DNA of 63,897 bases, filler included, from Chlamydiia bacterium (GCA_903848235.1; 11 parts of 11 records of this genome joined end to end with filler, not necessarily neighbours in it), one strand, 5' to 3'; numbered from the whole stretch's first letter, positions 53,341 to 63,329 are shown. The notes: generated from the sequence alone by a model not told the origin. Made by a program: numbers and translations.

Positions 53341-53915
53341 TAGTCTATAACCACATCAAGGCTACTCAGTAGAGATAACGCTTCCGGCAAAGAGAAATGT
53401 GCTTTCTTTACAGTGTTATGCCGGGCATCGATATAATAGTTTCTAGCTCCCTTGAAGTTTGCCTTTGTCAAATTGGTTTTAAGGAATACACTTCGCTCAA
53501 AATCCGTATTGGTAAAGTCACCTTCGGTTAAGTCTGTCTCCGTGAAATAAGCTTCCTTCGCCTCACAAGAAATCATCTTTATTTTAGGAAGCTTTAGTTG
53601 GCTGAAGTTGGAGTAGTTAATCTGGCAATTCTCAAAGCTTATTTCCTCCATGTGTTGGACTTTTGTCCAATCTACCCCAATTACCTTACTGTTCACAAAA
53701 GTTACTTCCGCAAAGCGACTGCCGGTAGGGATAACAGCGCTCATCATACAACCATCAAATTTACAGCTGATAAACCTGCACTTCCCAAATTTACAATCTA
53801 TGAAGCTACAATCCTTAAATTCACACTCCTCAAACTCAACTTCCGCGACTGTTTCTTTAGATAATGTGATTTTTGTAATTGTTTCCTGGTAGTAATTGCT
53901 CTTCGTAAAGCCCAT
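53340..53915 (-). CDS. Pentapeptide repeat protein
   Basis: Regular (C/A/T)xFxx repeats (ECEFKDCSFIDCKF, TNLTKANFKGA). Confidence 0.9.
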   Translation of the reverse strand: MGFTKSNYYQETITKITLSKETVAEVEFEECEFKDCSFIDCKFGKCRFISCKFDGCMMSAVIPTGSRFAEVTFVNSKVIGVDWTKVQHMEEISFENCQINYSNFSQLKLPKIKMISCEAKEAYFTETDLTEGDFTNTDFERSVFLKTNLTKANFKGARNYYIDARHNTVKKAHFSLPEALSLLSSLDVVID

Positions 53916-54423
53916 ATCAGTATTTTACCACTTCTACCGATTCAGATGCTGTGTAGGATATCATGTGACAGTCTGCGACGTAACGCTTGGATTCCGGTTT
54001 GCGCCGGAATGACGATGACGTAACCGTATGGGCATGCCTTGTGCCTGCCCGCTCGTAGGGGCTTGATTCATCAAGCCCTTTTTGTCCGTCAACCCCCTGG
54101 CCCCCCCCTGCCGAACCCCCTAAATCCCCCAAGCGTTGGGGGACTTTAAAGATTTAGGGGACACCCCTAAAACCCCGGCGAGGGAAGGCCCTCTGCACAC
54201 CCTGATAGCCGCATCTGTGCGCCCACCACCCGATTCCTCCACTCCCCCAATCCTTCAGCCCAGAGCCCACAGCTCATTACCCACAACCCAAAGCCCAATA
54301 CCCTATTCTACGATACAAACGACGGGATTGCGAACGTGACCGGAGCCTGCCCTGAGCGAAAGCGAAGGGGGTGAGGGTAACAGAGGCGAAGATGAGGAAC
54401 ACCTTCACGCGCGTGAAACAGCG

Positions 54424-55079
54424 TTATTTCACTTCCTTTAGCTCTTGTATGAGAGATGCTGGCAAACGATCCAAGATGCCGGTTGTAACTTTTATCGCAT
54501 CCTCGAAATCTGCGATCTTGCAGAAGCCTACACCATCTCGATAGGCAATAATAGTATTGCCGTAGAAATCTAAGTGAAATCGCGGTGATTTCAGAAGAAA
54601 CTCCATTGTTGCCTGGGACAATACATCGTAAGCCCATTTGAGGTCTGGGGATTTGACATGGAACTGGCTGTTGAACTCGGTGGACTCGAATTTAACATCG
54701 TCGTAATCTTTGGCGTTGAGTGAATCAGCTACTTTATCACCAAGGCCTTCATGGCGTATAGAGAGTGGCTTTAGAGAGATGTCTGTATACAAAACAACAG
54801 TTGATCCCCCCTGGGAACATCGAAGGCACATATCGTCCATTTGCCGATATCTCCTATGATGATATTTGAGCCATAGAATTTACTCACCTGTGGGAGACGC
54901 TTGAATTGTTGATATAGTTCAGCGCCACCAGTTTCTGTGAAGCTCCAGTTGTGTGAGGAAGCCCATCCTGCTAACATCTTCCTGCGTTTTTCCCTTTTTA
55001 TTATCATTAGCACATAAGGGCTAAAAACCAACGCCAAACTGCATAATACAAATATGACACTAGCTATAATAGTCCCCAA
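54424..55079 (-). pseudogene. Membrane-anchored DUF3137-like protein, frameshifted near 54800-54840
   Basis: N-terminal TM and WA....W.F in 54771..55079; LSIR.EG...DV.FES.EFN..F.V.S in 54424..54840. Confidence 0.55.
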
Positions 55080-55225
55080 TTTTTAAACCTCGAAGTTGTC
55101 GCCTTCTTAAGGCGTTTTGAATATTGGATAATATTACCCGGTGGCTATCTTGAAGTCAATATGATTATTAATGACCTGTAGTTCATCGGGATGTACACGT
55201 GGCTATCTGCCTTCCCAGTGTCCCC

Positions 55226-55354
55226 TTACCCCACCACCAGATTCCCCTCGCCCACGATCTCGACGAGCCGCTGGTGCAGCTCCGGGCAGTAGCCCGTGTT
55301 ATCGAGGCGCAGGTTCTGCGAGCCCTCGTCGCCGGTGATGCGCAGGCGCACCTC
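55226..55354 (-). CDS. C-terminal fragment, possibly DNA polymerase III alpha subunit
   Basis: EVRLRITGDEG...YCPELHQRLVEIVGEGNLVVG*, GC-rich codon usage; identity is a guess. Confidence 0.35.
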   Translation of the reverse strand, partial: EVRLRITGDEGSQNLRLDNTGYCPELHQRLVEIVGEGNLVVG

Positions 55355-55489
55355 NNNNNNNNNNNNNNNNNNNNNNNNNNNNNNNNNNNNNNNNNNNNTT
55401 AATTAATTAANNNNNNNNNNNNNNNNNNNNNNNNNNNNNNNNNNNNNNNNNNNNAATGGCCGCAAACTGTCAAAGAAAAGCTGAGTTCA

Positions 55490-55870
55490 TTGAGTGAGAA
55501 AGCAGAGGCGTTCAGAAGGCTAATTTTGCGTGCAAGGAATAAACTTCTTGCTCACATGGACAAAGAGGTATTCCTGACCGATATGATTCTCGGAGATTTC
55601 CCAGAAGGGGAAGATGAGGTATTCCTGCAAACCTTGGAAGAGGTCTGTGACATTACACACCACCTCTGTTTTGGTTCGATCTTTGGGCAGATAAACGTGG
55701 TTAAGCGTGGCGATATAATCAACTTCAAGCGAGCGCTTGGAGATGCAGTAGCCTTCCGTGAGCTATTGTCGGAAAGTAAAGGGCAAGAAAAGTCAAAGCT
55801 GTTTTCCTATTTACAAAAAATACCAATAACGCTGTATGACAACGGCACAAACGGAGGACTCAAAACCTGA
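55490..55870 (+). CDS. Hypothetical protein fragment
   Basis: ORF near the contig start. Confidence 0.45.
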   Translation: MSEKAEAFRRLILRARNKLLAHMDKEVFLTDMILGDFPEGEDEVFLQTLEEVCDITHHLCFGSIFGQINVVKRGDIINFKRALGDAVAFRELLSESKGQEKSKLFSYLQKIPITLYDNGTNGGLKT

Positions 55871-56413
55871 TGGCTTCGTCTGTTCCACAGGCATTGTATA
55901 TATTTTAATCGTAATCCTTGATATTATTTTTCCATGAAAACATTTAGTTGTAGGTGGAGTGCGTAAATTTTCAATAGAAGAAAACAATACTTAAAATCCC
56001 GCCAATTTTTTAACCCCTTCTGTGAAATTACCCTCCTAATACCAATTCGTATTCAAGAATAGAGCAAGGCCGAATAGATAACCACCCCCTACCCCCGCCA
56101 GCGGGGGACAACTCCCCCTGCTGTCCTTCCAAAGGCAAAGGGGGATAGCTTACCTGTGAATGCAAATTGTTAAAATTATAGATTTTAAAACCCCTGGTTG
56201 TACCGCACTGAATAGTCGGCCGAGGGCAAACCAAAAAGATGCAGGTTATAAGGCAAGGTATTGCAATGTAGATGGTTTCATAATTCTTCTGCATTCCCTT
56301 ATTGACTTCTTCGCGTCAATAATACTAAACTTTCAGTGTGATTTATCTGTAGCCTCTTAAAACGCATATTTGCGGGGAAGTATTTTAGAAATTTAGAACC
56401 TTTGTATTCAGCA

Positions 56414-57035
56414 ATGATGATCCGAACGATTTTCTGGGAAGACAACTCCGTGGTCATGATCGACCAGAACGCCCTGCCGTGTGAGGAGAAGTATCTCATC
56501 TGCCGGGACTACCGGGAAGTTGTCCAAGCCATCAAGGATTTGACCATCCGCGGCGCCCCGGCTATTGGGGTTGCAGCGGCCATGGGCATCGCCCTCGGCG
56601 CACTCCACATTACCCCCGCCTCTCAAAAAGAATTCAAGACCTCATTCTATGAAGTGTGCACGCAATTCTCCCAAACACGCCCTACTGCACGAAATCTGTT
56701 CTGGGGCATTGAGCGCATGAAGAAGTGTTTTGAAAACAACCTCTCTTCCGGCGATAATCGCTATGAAATGATCAAACAGTCTCTCGTAAATGAGGCCATT
56801 CGCATCTGCGAGGAAGATATTGCCATCAACCGGAAAATGGGGATCAACGGAAGATCCCTGGTCCGGGACGGCGACAATCTTCTTACCCATTGCAATGCCG
56901 GCGCCCTGGCGACTGCCGGCTGGGGAACCGCCCTGGGAGTGGTCCGGGCGGCGGTTGAAGAGGGGAAAAACCTCCATATCTTCATCGATGAGACAAGGCC
57001 GGTCCTCCAGGGTGCGCGGTTGACGGCATGGGAGA
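56414..57035 (+). CDS. mtnA: S-methyl-5-thioribose-1-phosphate isomerase (3'-truncated)
   Basis: IDQ..LP, RGAPAIG, RPTA.NL.W, LTHCNAGALAT, DETRP.LQGARLTAWE. Confidence 0.93.
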
Positions 57036-57135
57036 NNNNNNNNNNNNNNNNNNNNNNNNNNNNNNNNNNNNNNNNNNNNTTAATTAATTAANNNNNNNNN
57101 NNNNNNNNNNNNNNNNNNNNNNNNNNNNNNNNNNN

Positions 57136-57816
57136 AAACTTATATCCTTTCTGCTCCATGTACCAATCGAGATGATTGAGTGCGATGTTTGCAAGTAATG
57201 GTGAAATTACGCCGCCTTGTGGGGTGCCCCGTATAGTGGCTAGGAGCCTATTTTCTTCCATAACTCCAGACTTGAGAAACTTTTCAATCAGATTAAGGAT
57301 ATTTCCATCCGACATTTTGGCTGCTACCGACTTCATGATGAGTTCATGCGGAATATTATCAAAGAATCCTTTGATATCTGCATCAACTACATACCTGAAT
57401 TCCTGTCGAGCAAGCTCGAGCGTTCGCTCAACAGCTTGGTGGCAGTTTTTGTGTTGCCTAAAACCAAATGAGTTTTCATGAAAGACTTTTTCAAACGTTG
57501 GATTGATCAAGCGTCTTACGACTTCTTGTGCAATCCTGCATCGAACAGTAGGGATTCCTAAAGGACGAGTCTTCCCATCTCCTTTGGGGATATGAACTCG
57601 CTTTAGTGGCATTGGCTGAAACTTTCCAGTTTTCAACTCTTGCATTAGAGATTCGAGGTTTGTGACAAGATTTCTTTCATATTCTTGAATAGAAACTTTG
57701 TCAATTCCTGCTGAACCTTTGTTTCTCTTAACAGCTTTAAAGGCCTTAAGCATCAATTCAGAAGTGATTCTTCCCGTGAGGGAGTGAACTTTGAATTTGT
57801 CGTGAATTATTTTCAC
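57136..57816 (-). CDS. ltrA: Group II intron RT/maturase, partial
   Basis: GSAGID, RPLGIPT, SFGFR, VVDADIKGFFD, GTPQGGVISPLLAN. Confidence 0.92.
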
Positions 57817-58478
57817 AGAATGGTTACTCTTGGTGCCGTAACAATCGAATAACCTCTTGTAGGCTTCAGAGATGTTTTTAGGTATATGAAAACTTCATCT
57901 AAAGAGGGTGAATAAGCTTCTACAGTTATGATTTTCATGTCTAACGTTCTCCTTTACGAAGCCGTACTTCGATTATTTCTTCTATCGGTATGTCCTTTCG
58001 AGTTGCCTCTACTCCGGACATGCTGTAAACCCTTAGAGTAGAGCACTTGAGTTGGCTCTACAGCTATTCCATCATGGTTCCTTTCGAACTTCTTATAGAA
58101 CCATTTATCCACAAAGTGTGGAAGAATATGGGTTCTCACGGGTCAGTATGAACTGCCTTTTTCTCGAGGCGATGTCACCAGTCACCCACCAGGTTCCGCT
58201 CAGAGTATACGATTTATCTGAGGAGAAAACTTTCGTCCAGCGCTTCATCTAGAAATGGAGATTGGCGCACCTGGAAGGCCGTATCGTGGCACCTCCCTGA
58301 GTAGTGATATCTGGCTCCTTCGTCAGCATGAATTGCTTCATGTGCTAGCTGCTATCCTCTTTCGAGTTATGATATCACTTTCTGTACAGGACCGTACCCG
58401 CACAGGTAAGCTTCGGTGTATTATTTCATCTACATCCTCACTGTTTAAGACTTAGCTGTTCATACCTGCCGCTCGCGC
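57136..58478 (-). mobile_element. Group II intron copy 1 (5' part; cut by contig end)
   Basis: Near-identical to 59081..61051 copy over DI-DIII and the RT N-terminus; homology stops 9 nt into the 5' exon. Confidence 0.9.
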
Positions 58479-58681
58479 ATTTCTTTGTCGTCCACCAAAT
58501 TGACGTGCCACTGCAATAGCACTTTTTCCTTTGATGTACCGACTACTTCGGCCACGGATATTTTGGAGGTATTTTTATCAGCATATGCACATGATCCTGT
58601 ACCATATGTCCCTCCACAATTGTAGAGCTTCTTTGGGATGCCAATTCACGAAATACTGGTCCCAAAAATTTTCTCACATTC
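58479..58681 (-). pseudogene. tnpA: IS200/IS605 TnpA transposase fragment interrupted by the intron
   Basis: GHMVQDHVHMLIKIPPKY..AEVV.YIKGKSAIAVARQFGGRQR (HUH motif) with small frameshifts. Confidence 0.85.
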
Positions 58682-58783
58682 NNNNNNNNNNNNNNNNNNN
58701 NNNNNNNNNNNNNNNNNNNNNNNNNTTAATTAATTAANNNNNNNNNNNNNNNNNNNNNNNNNNNNNNNNNNNNNNNNNNNNAA

Positions 58784-59038
58784 GACATTCTTTTTGTTCA
58801 AGATTGGACAGAAAACTATGGACTCTTGTTCGAGCTGTCTATCTCAGCCTTCCTACTCGGTCACTATCAAGAATCCATCGATGCTTGTGACAGGCTCCTT
58901 GACTTCAACGACATTCCCAAAGCTTTACGTGATCAGACAGAAATCATCCGTCTGTATCCCATGACAAAGCTTAACGAACAAGAGCGGCAACGAGAAAAGG
59001 CGGCAGAACAAGCAGAACCTGTTTTGGCTGCTGGGTAA
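58784..59038 (+). CDS. C-terminal TPR-like fragment
   Basis: LFVQDW...YGLLFELSISAFLLGHYQESIDACDRLL; 5'-truncated. Confidence 0.55.
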   Translation, partial: DILFVQDWTENYGLLFELSISAFLLGHYQESIDACDRLLDFNDIPKALRDQTEIIRLYPMTKLNEQERQREKAAEQAEPVLAAG

Positions 59039-59080
59039 CGCAGTATGTGCCAAGACATGGGTTTTGATGTACACCATTAA

Positions 59081-61051
59081 GTGGGTAAGGGACAGAGTCG
59101 CCTCAGTCCCTCCCCGTTATCGCGATAAAGTTGATTCTTTATATTTACCGGCGAGCATCTTTCTTGCACCGGGCGATTCCAATAGAATTGTCCCTTGGAT
59201 AGGGAAATTGTTCAACACCGCATTCTTGCTCTTCCAAGGCTTACGCAGCTAAGCAATCCCAGCCGTTCAATGTGTTTGTTTCTAAATCTATAGTTGTCTG
59301 TCCTCCATTTTCGCTTGAATTTCATCGAGCGAATACGAGTTCTAATCCACTTATCGAGCTGTAAAAGTTGTTTCTTTACAGTACTAAATCCTGTGGCGAA
59401 GAAATTGACAGTACCACGTATGATCTGGTTTAGTCTCTTGATGACCTCTTGGTCTAGGTTTCGACTCCGGATAGTGTTCTTCCTAATCGTATCTTTAAAT
59501 TTCTCCATTGACTTCTCTCTTATTGTTATTCCTCTTGAGGAGATATGAAATCCTAAGAAATTGAAGCCTTCACAGAAACGACACAGTCGTGTCTTCTCTT
59601 GGCTAATTTCTAGGCTCATTTCTTCCAAAAGAGAACTGATAGAGTTCAATGCCTCTTTCGCCTGAGTTTTTGTCTTGCAGAGGATAACCAGGTCATCCGC
59701 ATAGCGGACAAACCTATATCCTTTCTGCTCCATGTGCCAATCAAGATGGTTGAGCACAATGTTTGCAAGTAATGGTGAAATAACTCCGCCCTGCGGAGTG
59801 CCCCGTATAGTAGCTAGGAGCCTATTTTCTTCCATAACTCCAGACTTGAGAAACTTTTCAATCAGATTGAGGATGTTCCCATCCGAGATTTTAGCTGCTA
59901 CCGAATCCATGATGAGTTCATGCGGAATATTATCAAAGAATCCTTTGATATCTGCATCAACTACATGTCTGAATCCCTGTTGGGCAAGCTCGAGCGTTTG
60001 TTCAACAGCTTGGTGGCAGTTTCTGTGTTGCCTAAAACCAAATGAGTTTTCATGAAAGACTTTTTCAAACGTAGGGTTGATCAAGCGTCTTACAACCTCT
60101 TGCGCAATCCTGCATCGAACAGTAGGGATTCCTAAAGGTCGAGTCTTTCCGTCTCCTTTCGGGATATTGACTCGCTTTAGTGGCATCGGCTGAAACTTTC
60201 CAGTTTTCAACTCTTGCTTCAGAGATTCGAGGTTTGAAACAAGGTCTCTTTCATATTCTTGAATCGTGACTTTGTCAATTCCAGCTGAACCTCTGTTTCT
60301 CTTAACGGCTTTAAATGCCTTGAGCATCAATTCAGAAGTGATCCTCCCTGTAAGGGAGTGAGTTTTGAATTTGTCGTGAATTATTTTCACAGAATGGTTA
60401 CTCCTGGTGCAGTAACAATCGGATAACCTCTTGTAGGCTTCAGAGATGTTTTTAGGTATATGAAAACTTCATCTAAAGAGGGTGAATAAGCTTCTGCAGT
60501 TATGATTTTCATGTCTAACGTTCTCCTTTGCGAAGCCGTGCTTCGGTTATTTCTTCTATCGGTATGTCCTTTCGAGTTGCCTCTACTCCGGACATGCTGT
60601 GAACCCCTAGAGTAGAGCATTGAAGTTTGCTCTACAGCTATTCCATCATGGTTCCTTTCGAACTTCTTATAGAACCATTTATCCACGGGTGTGGAAGAAT
60701 ATGGGTTCTCACGGGTCAGTATGAACTGCCTTTTTCTCGAGGCGATGTCACCAGTCACCCACCAGGTTCTTCCCAGAATATACGATCGATCTGAGGAGAA
60801 AACTTTCGTTCGGCGCTTCATCAAGAAATGGAGATTGGCGCACCTGGAAGGCCGTATCGTGGCACCTCCCTGAGTAGTGATATCTGGCTCCTTCGTCAGC
60901 ATGAGTTGCCTCATGTGCTAGCTGCTATCCTCTTTCGAGTTATGATATCACTTTCTGTACAGAACCGTATCCGCACAGGTAAGCTTCGGTGTATTATTTC
61001 ATCTACATCCTCACTGTTTAAGACTTAGCTGTTCATACCTGCCGCTCGCGC
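59081..61051 (-). mobile_element. Group II intron copy 2, complete (1971 nt)
   Basis: 5' GCGCG; DI closing stem GUAUGAAC/GUUCAUAC; EBS1 AUUUCU; DIV stem CCGAUAGAA/UUCUAUUGG; DV-like CGC triad; DVI GGGGAGGGAC..GUCCCUU-A-CCC-AC 3' end. Confidence 0.9.
59212..60390 (-). CDS. ltrA: Group II intron RT/maturase without endonuclease domain
   Basis: RT0-7 with YADD, FNFLGF, and X domain (LNQIIRGTVNFF); 392 aa; no HNH domain. Confidence 0.95.
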   Translation of the reverse strand: MKIIHDKFKTHSLTGRITSELMLKAFKAVKRNRGSAGIDKVTIQEYERDLVSNLESLKQELKTGKFQPMPLKRVNIPKGDGKTRPLGIPTVRCRIAQEVVRRLINPTFEKVFHENSFGFRQHRNCHQAVEQTLELAQQGFRHVVDADIKGFFDNIPHELIMDSVAAKISDGNILNLIEKFLKSGVMEENRLLATIRGTPQGGVISPLLANIVLNHLDWHMEQKGYRFVRYADDLVILCKTKTQAKEALNSISSLLEEMSLEISQEKTRLCRFCEGFNFLGFHISSRGITIREKSMEKFKDTIRKNTIRSRNLDQEVIKRLNQIIRGTVNFFATGFSTVKKQLLQLDKWIRTRIRSMKFKRKWRTDNYRFRNKHIERLGLLSCVSLGRARMRC

Positions 61052-61516
61052 ATTTCTTTGATTTCTTCAAGTTTTTGAGGATAAGCAAAAGTGAAAGTTT
61101 TTTGGAATGTCTCTGGAGAAATGCGTTTCCAAGCCTCTGCAAGAGGAGTCATTCCCTCATTTCTATTAAAATTCAAAAGTAGTTTTTTTCGTTGTTCATC
61201 AGACATGGATTCGAGAAGAATTTTTACATTATTCTCTTGTAGGGGTTTGTGCTTTTGGTCGAGAGCCTCTGAAGCAAGAGTATAAAGATCCTCCTCTCGT
61301 AACCGAGAAAGTTCTTCAATAACATATGCGGTTTCGGACCAAAGTTTTTCTTTCTGTTCTAGATAGGGATTGGATTGTTCAGGTTTTGGCGTACATTTCT
61401 GTATAATCATTTCTAACATGGTTCTCTCGCTTTCTGTGAGAGACCGTCGTAGAAAATCCTGTGCCTTTTGTTTCAATAATATCAATTGATCAAGATCTTC
61501 TTTTGAAAACGATTGT
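61052..61516 (-). CDS. Hypothetical protein (5' exon of intron copy 2; 5'-truncated)
   Basis: ORF runs into the intron. Predicted splicing gives ...EEIKEI-stop using exon 2 (TTAA at 59077-59080). Confidence 0.6.
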
Positions 61517-61616
61517 NNNNNNNNNNNNNNNNNNNNNNNNNNNNNNNNNNNNNNNNNNNNTTAATTAATTAANNNNNNNNNNNNNNNNNNNNNNNNNNNN
61601 NNNNNNNNNNNNNNNN

Positions 61617-62354
61617 ATGGGATTGGGTCGAGGATTTATCCATCCGTTCACAACGTTGGAAGATAATGCAGGTCGCCTCGTTGGTTTGCGCCGCGATATC
61701 TGTAACGGTGATTTCTCTAAGATTTCGAATGCCTCTAGACAAGACATTGCGAACTTTACCTGTGCGCGGGCTGGGGAAGTAGCAGGAATGGGTGCGGCAG
61801 GTTACTTCGCTGCAAAGGCGGCCTTCGAATTGGCCTATGGGGTAGGCACACGTATTGTCGCCAATGTGCTCAGTAGGGGTTGTTTCAAAAATACGTGTAC
61901 GGGGATGGTAGAGAGTCGAGTGGCTATCGCTGCTGAGGCGAGGTTTGCGACAGTGGGTGAATCCGTTGTTGCGTCAGAAAGAAGTATCGCAAAAGTTGGG
62001 ATCGACAATGCAACTGTAGCGACTAGGGTTGACACATGTATTGTGAAAAGAGAGTATCTGAAACGATTCGCCCCGGCCTCAAAATTAAGGGAACAACATT
62101 TTCTTGACGGCCATCAGTTCCCTGGAAAATCAGGAAAAACAGCCTTTCCCGAATCTTGGGGAAAAGATAAAATTATTGGTCACGTTAATGACGTCGCCCA
62201 GGATTCTGGGAGCGCTTGGCGCGTCGCCCCTGAAAGAAGGTGCGCATCCAGCCTTCGAAGATATTGTATTGAAGGCACGCGAGAGAACGTCAATGTGAGA
62301 GTTATTGTCGAGCCAAGAGGAGAAGGCATTATTACCTCGTATCCTCCCCGATAA
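61617..62354 (+). CDS. Polymorphic toxin C-terminus with EndoU-like domain, variant 2
   Basis: First 174 nt homologous to 49934..50107; HFLDGHQFPGKSGKTAFPESW..DKI...VRVIVEP...IITSYP. Confidence 0.83.
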   Translation: MGLGRGFIHPFTTLEDNAGRLVGLRRDICNGDFSKISNASRQDIANFTCARAGEVAGMGAAGYFAAKAAFELAYGVGTRIVANVLSRGCFKNTCTGMVESRVAIAAEARFATVGESVVASERSIAKVGIDNATVATRVDTCIVKREYLKRFAPASKLREQHFLDGHQFPGKSGKTAFPESWGKDKIIGHVNDVAQDSGSAWRVAPERRCASSLRRYCIEGTRENVNVRVIVEPRGEGIITSYPPR

Positions 62355-62367
62355 CTATGGATGAGAC

Positions 62368-62913
62368 ATGGATCTAAATAAAAAAATTTTACTAGTTGTT
62401 CAAGAGGCAGAAAAAAAACTTCTTCCATTGGACGTCATGCTAATAAAACATTTTTTACAGCACGATGAGCCAGTGCTGGCGATCGAGTTTGTTTGCGACT
62501 TATTTTTAAAAGATGATGTTGTTTTGTCAGATTCAATTATTGCGTCTCTTAAGGAAATAGTTACTGAATTAAAAATTAATCCAAAAAGAAGCTGGGGAGG
62601 ACTTATAGCTGTAGACGAAAAGAGCCAGAGGCTTTTCAGGCTTGATATTGGCAAGGATCCCATAGAGAAGCGTCGTGATATTGATAGCATTTATTTAGAG
62701 GTGTATTACAAATTTAAGCCCGAGCACGCGCAACAAATAAAAGAAGTTATAGATTGTGGTGAGTACGAGCTAGCTCTTGAGGGAATATGCACATGTCTTT
62801 ATGACGGAAAAATTTCGATATCAAGGGACCTAGTGTCGAAAATCAGAAAGGCGCTTTATGACAATGAACTTGATCCTGAAGGATGGGATGAACTTCTTGC
62901 AGAAGACAAATAG
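62368..62913 (+). CDS. Immunity protein with two tandem MafI-like units, variant 2
   Basis: IKHFLQHDEPVLAIEFVC.L / IKEVIDCGEYELALEGIC.CL; homologous to 50708..51241. Confidence 0.75.
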   Translation: MDLNKKILLVVQEAEKKLLPLDVMLIKHFLQHDEPVLAIEFVCDLFLKDDVVLSDSIIASLKEIVTELKINPKRSWGGLIAVDEKSQRLFRLDIGKDPIEKRRDIDSIYLEVYYKFKPEHAQQIKEVIDCGEYELALEGICTCLYDGKISISRDLVSKIRKALYDNELDPEGWDELLAEDK

Positions 62914-62956
62914 TTTGTGTGTAAATTGCTTTTAAATTTGTAACCCTCAGTATTTT

Positions 62957-63322
62957 ATGACTTTGCGTTATCGAAATCACTTTCCAAACGATTTTTCAGA
63001 CGAAAAGATAGAAGATTGCGTCTCAAAAATCATCAATGATCCAAACGTTCTTCACGTTGTGATCAACAGGGACAATTCGTGGAGATCTGGTAAGTATGTT
63101 TTAGATTCCGAGTGTTGTGGAATGAAAATTCGAGTGATTTTAGAGCCAAGTGACAGAGGTGTGTTGGCGGTATATCCTATCGACCAGAATGACCCTCTTG
63201 ACGCGTCCGTGCCAATGACTCAAGAGCAACTTGCGCAGATAGAACAAGAGAATACTGCCAAAGCTGTGCCCATATTGCCTTTTCGTAAACGAATGTGGTC
63301 TCAGCTTTCAGAAGGGCAATAA
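62957..63322 (+). CDS. Small EndoU C-terminal-half-like protein, variant 2
   Basis: MTLRYRNHFPNDFSDEKIEDCV..II.DP...KIRVILEP....LAVYP; homologous to 51288..51524. Confidence 0.7.
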   Translation: MTLRYRNHFPNDFSDEKIEDCVSKIINDPNVLHVVINRDNSWRSGKYVLDSECCGMKIRVILEPSDRGVLAVYPIDQNDPLDASVPMTQEQLAQIEQENTAKAVPILPFRKRMWSQLSEGQ

Positions 63323-63329
63323 TTGGTTT

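Noticed and set aside
58925..59080. Longer spliced host ORF (…KELMVYIKTHVL…) from an AUGCG intron start
   Set aside because: It would overlap the convergent gene and would shorten the EBS1-IBS1 pairing. The GCGCG junction is favoured but unproven.
59212..60390. RT as a retron, DGR or defence-associated RT
   Set aside because: It has RT0, YADD and an X domain, plus a flanking ribozyme with EBS1, DIV stem, DV and DVI. No template/variable repeat pair or msr-msd was seen.
60387..60914. 175-aa ORF upstream of the RT as a partner gene
   Set aside because: It lies within intron DI-DIV RNA and is broken by indels in copy 1, where only a 61-aa piece remains.
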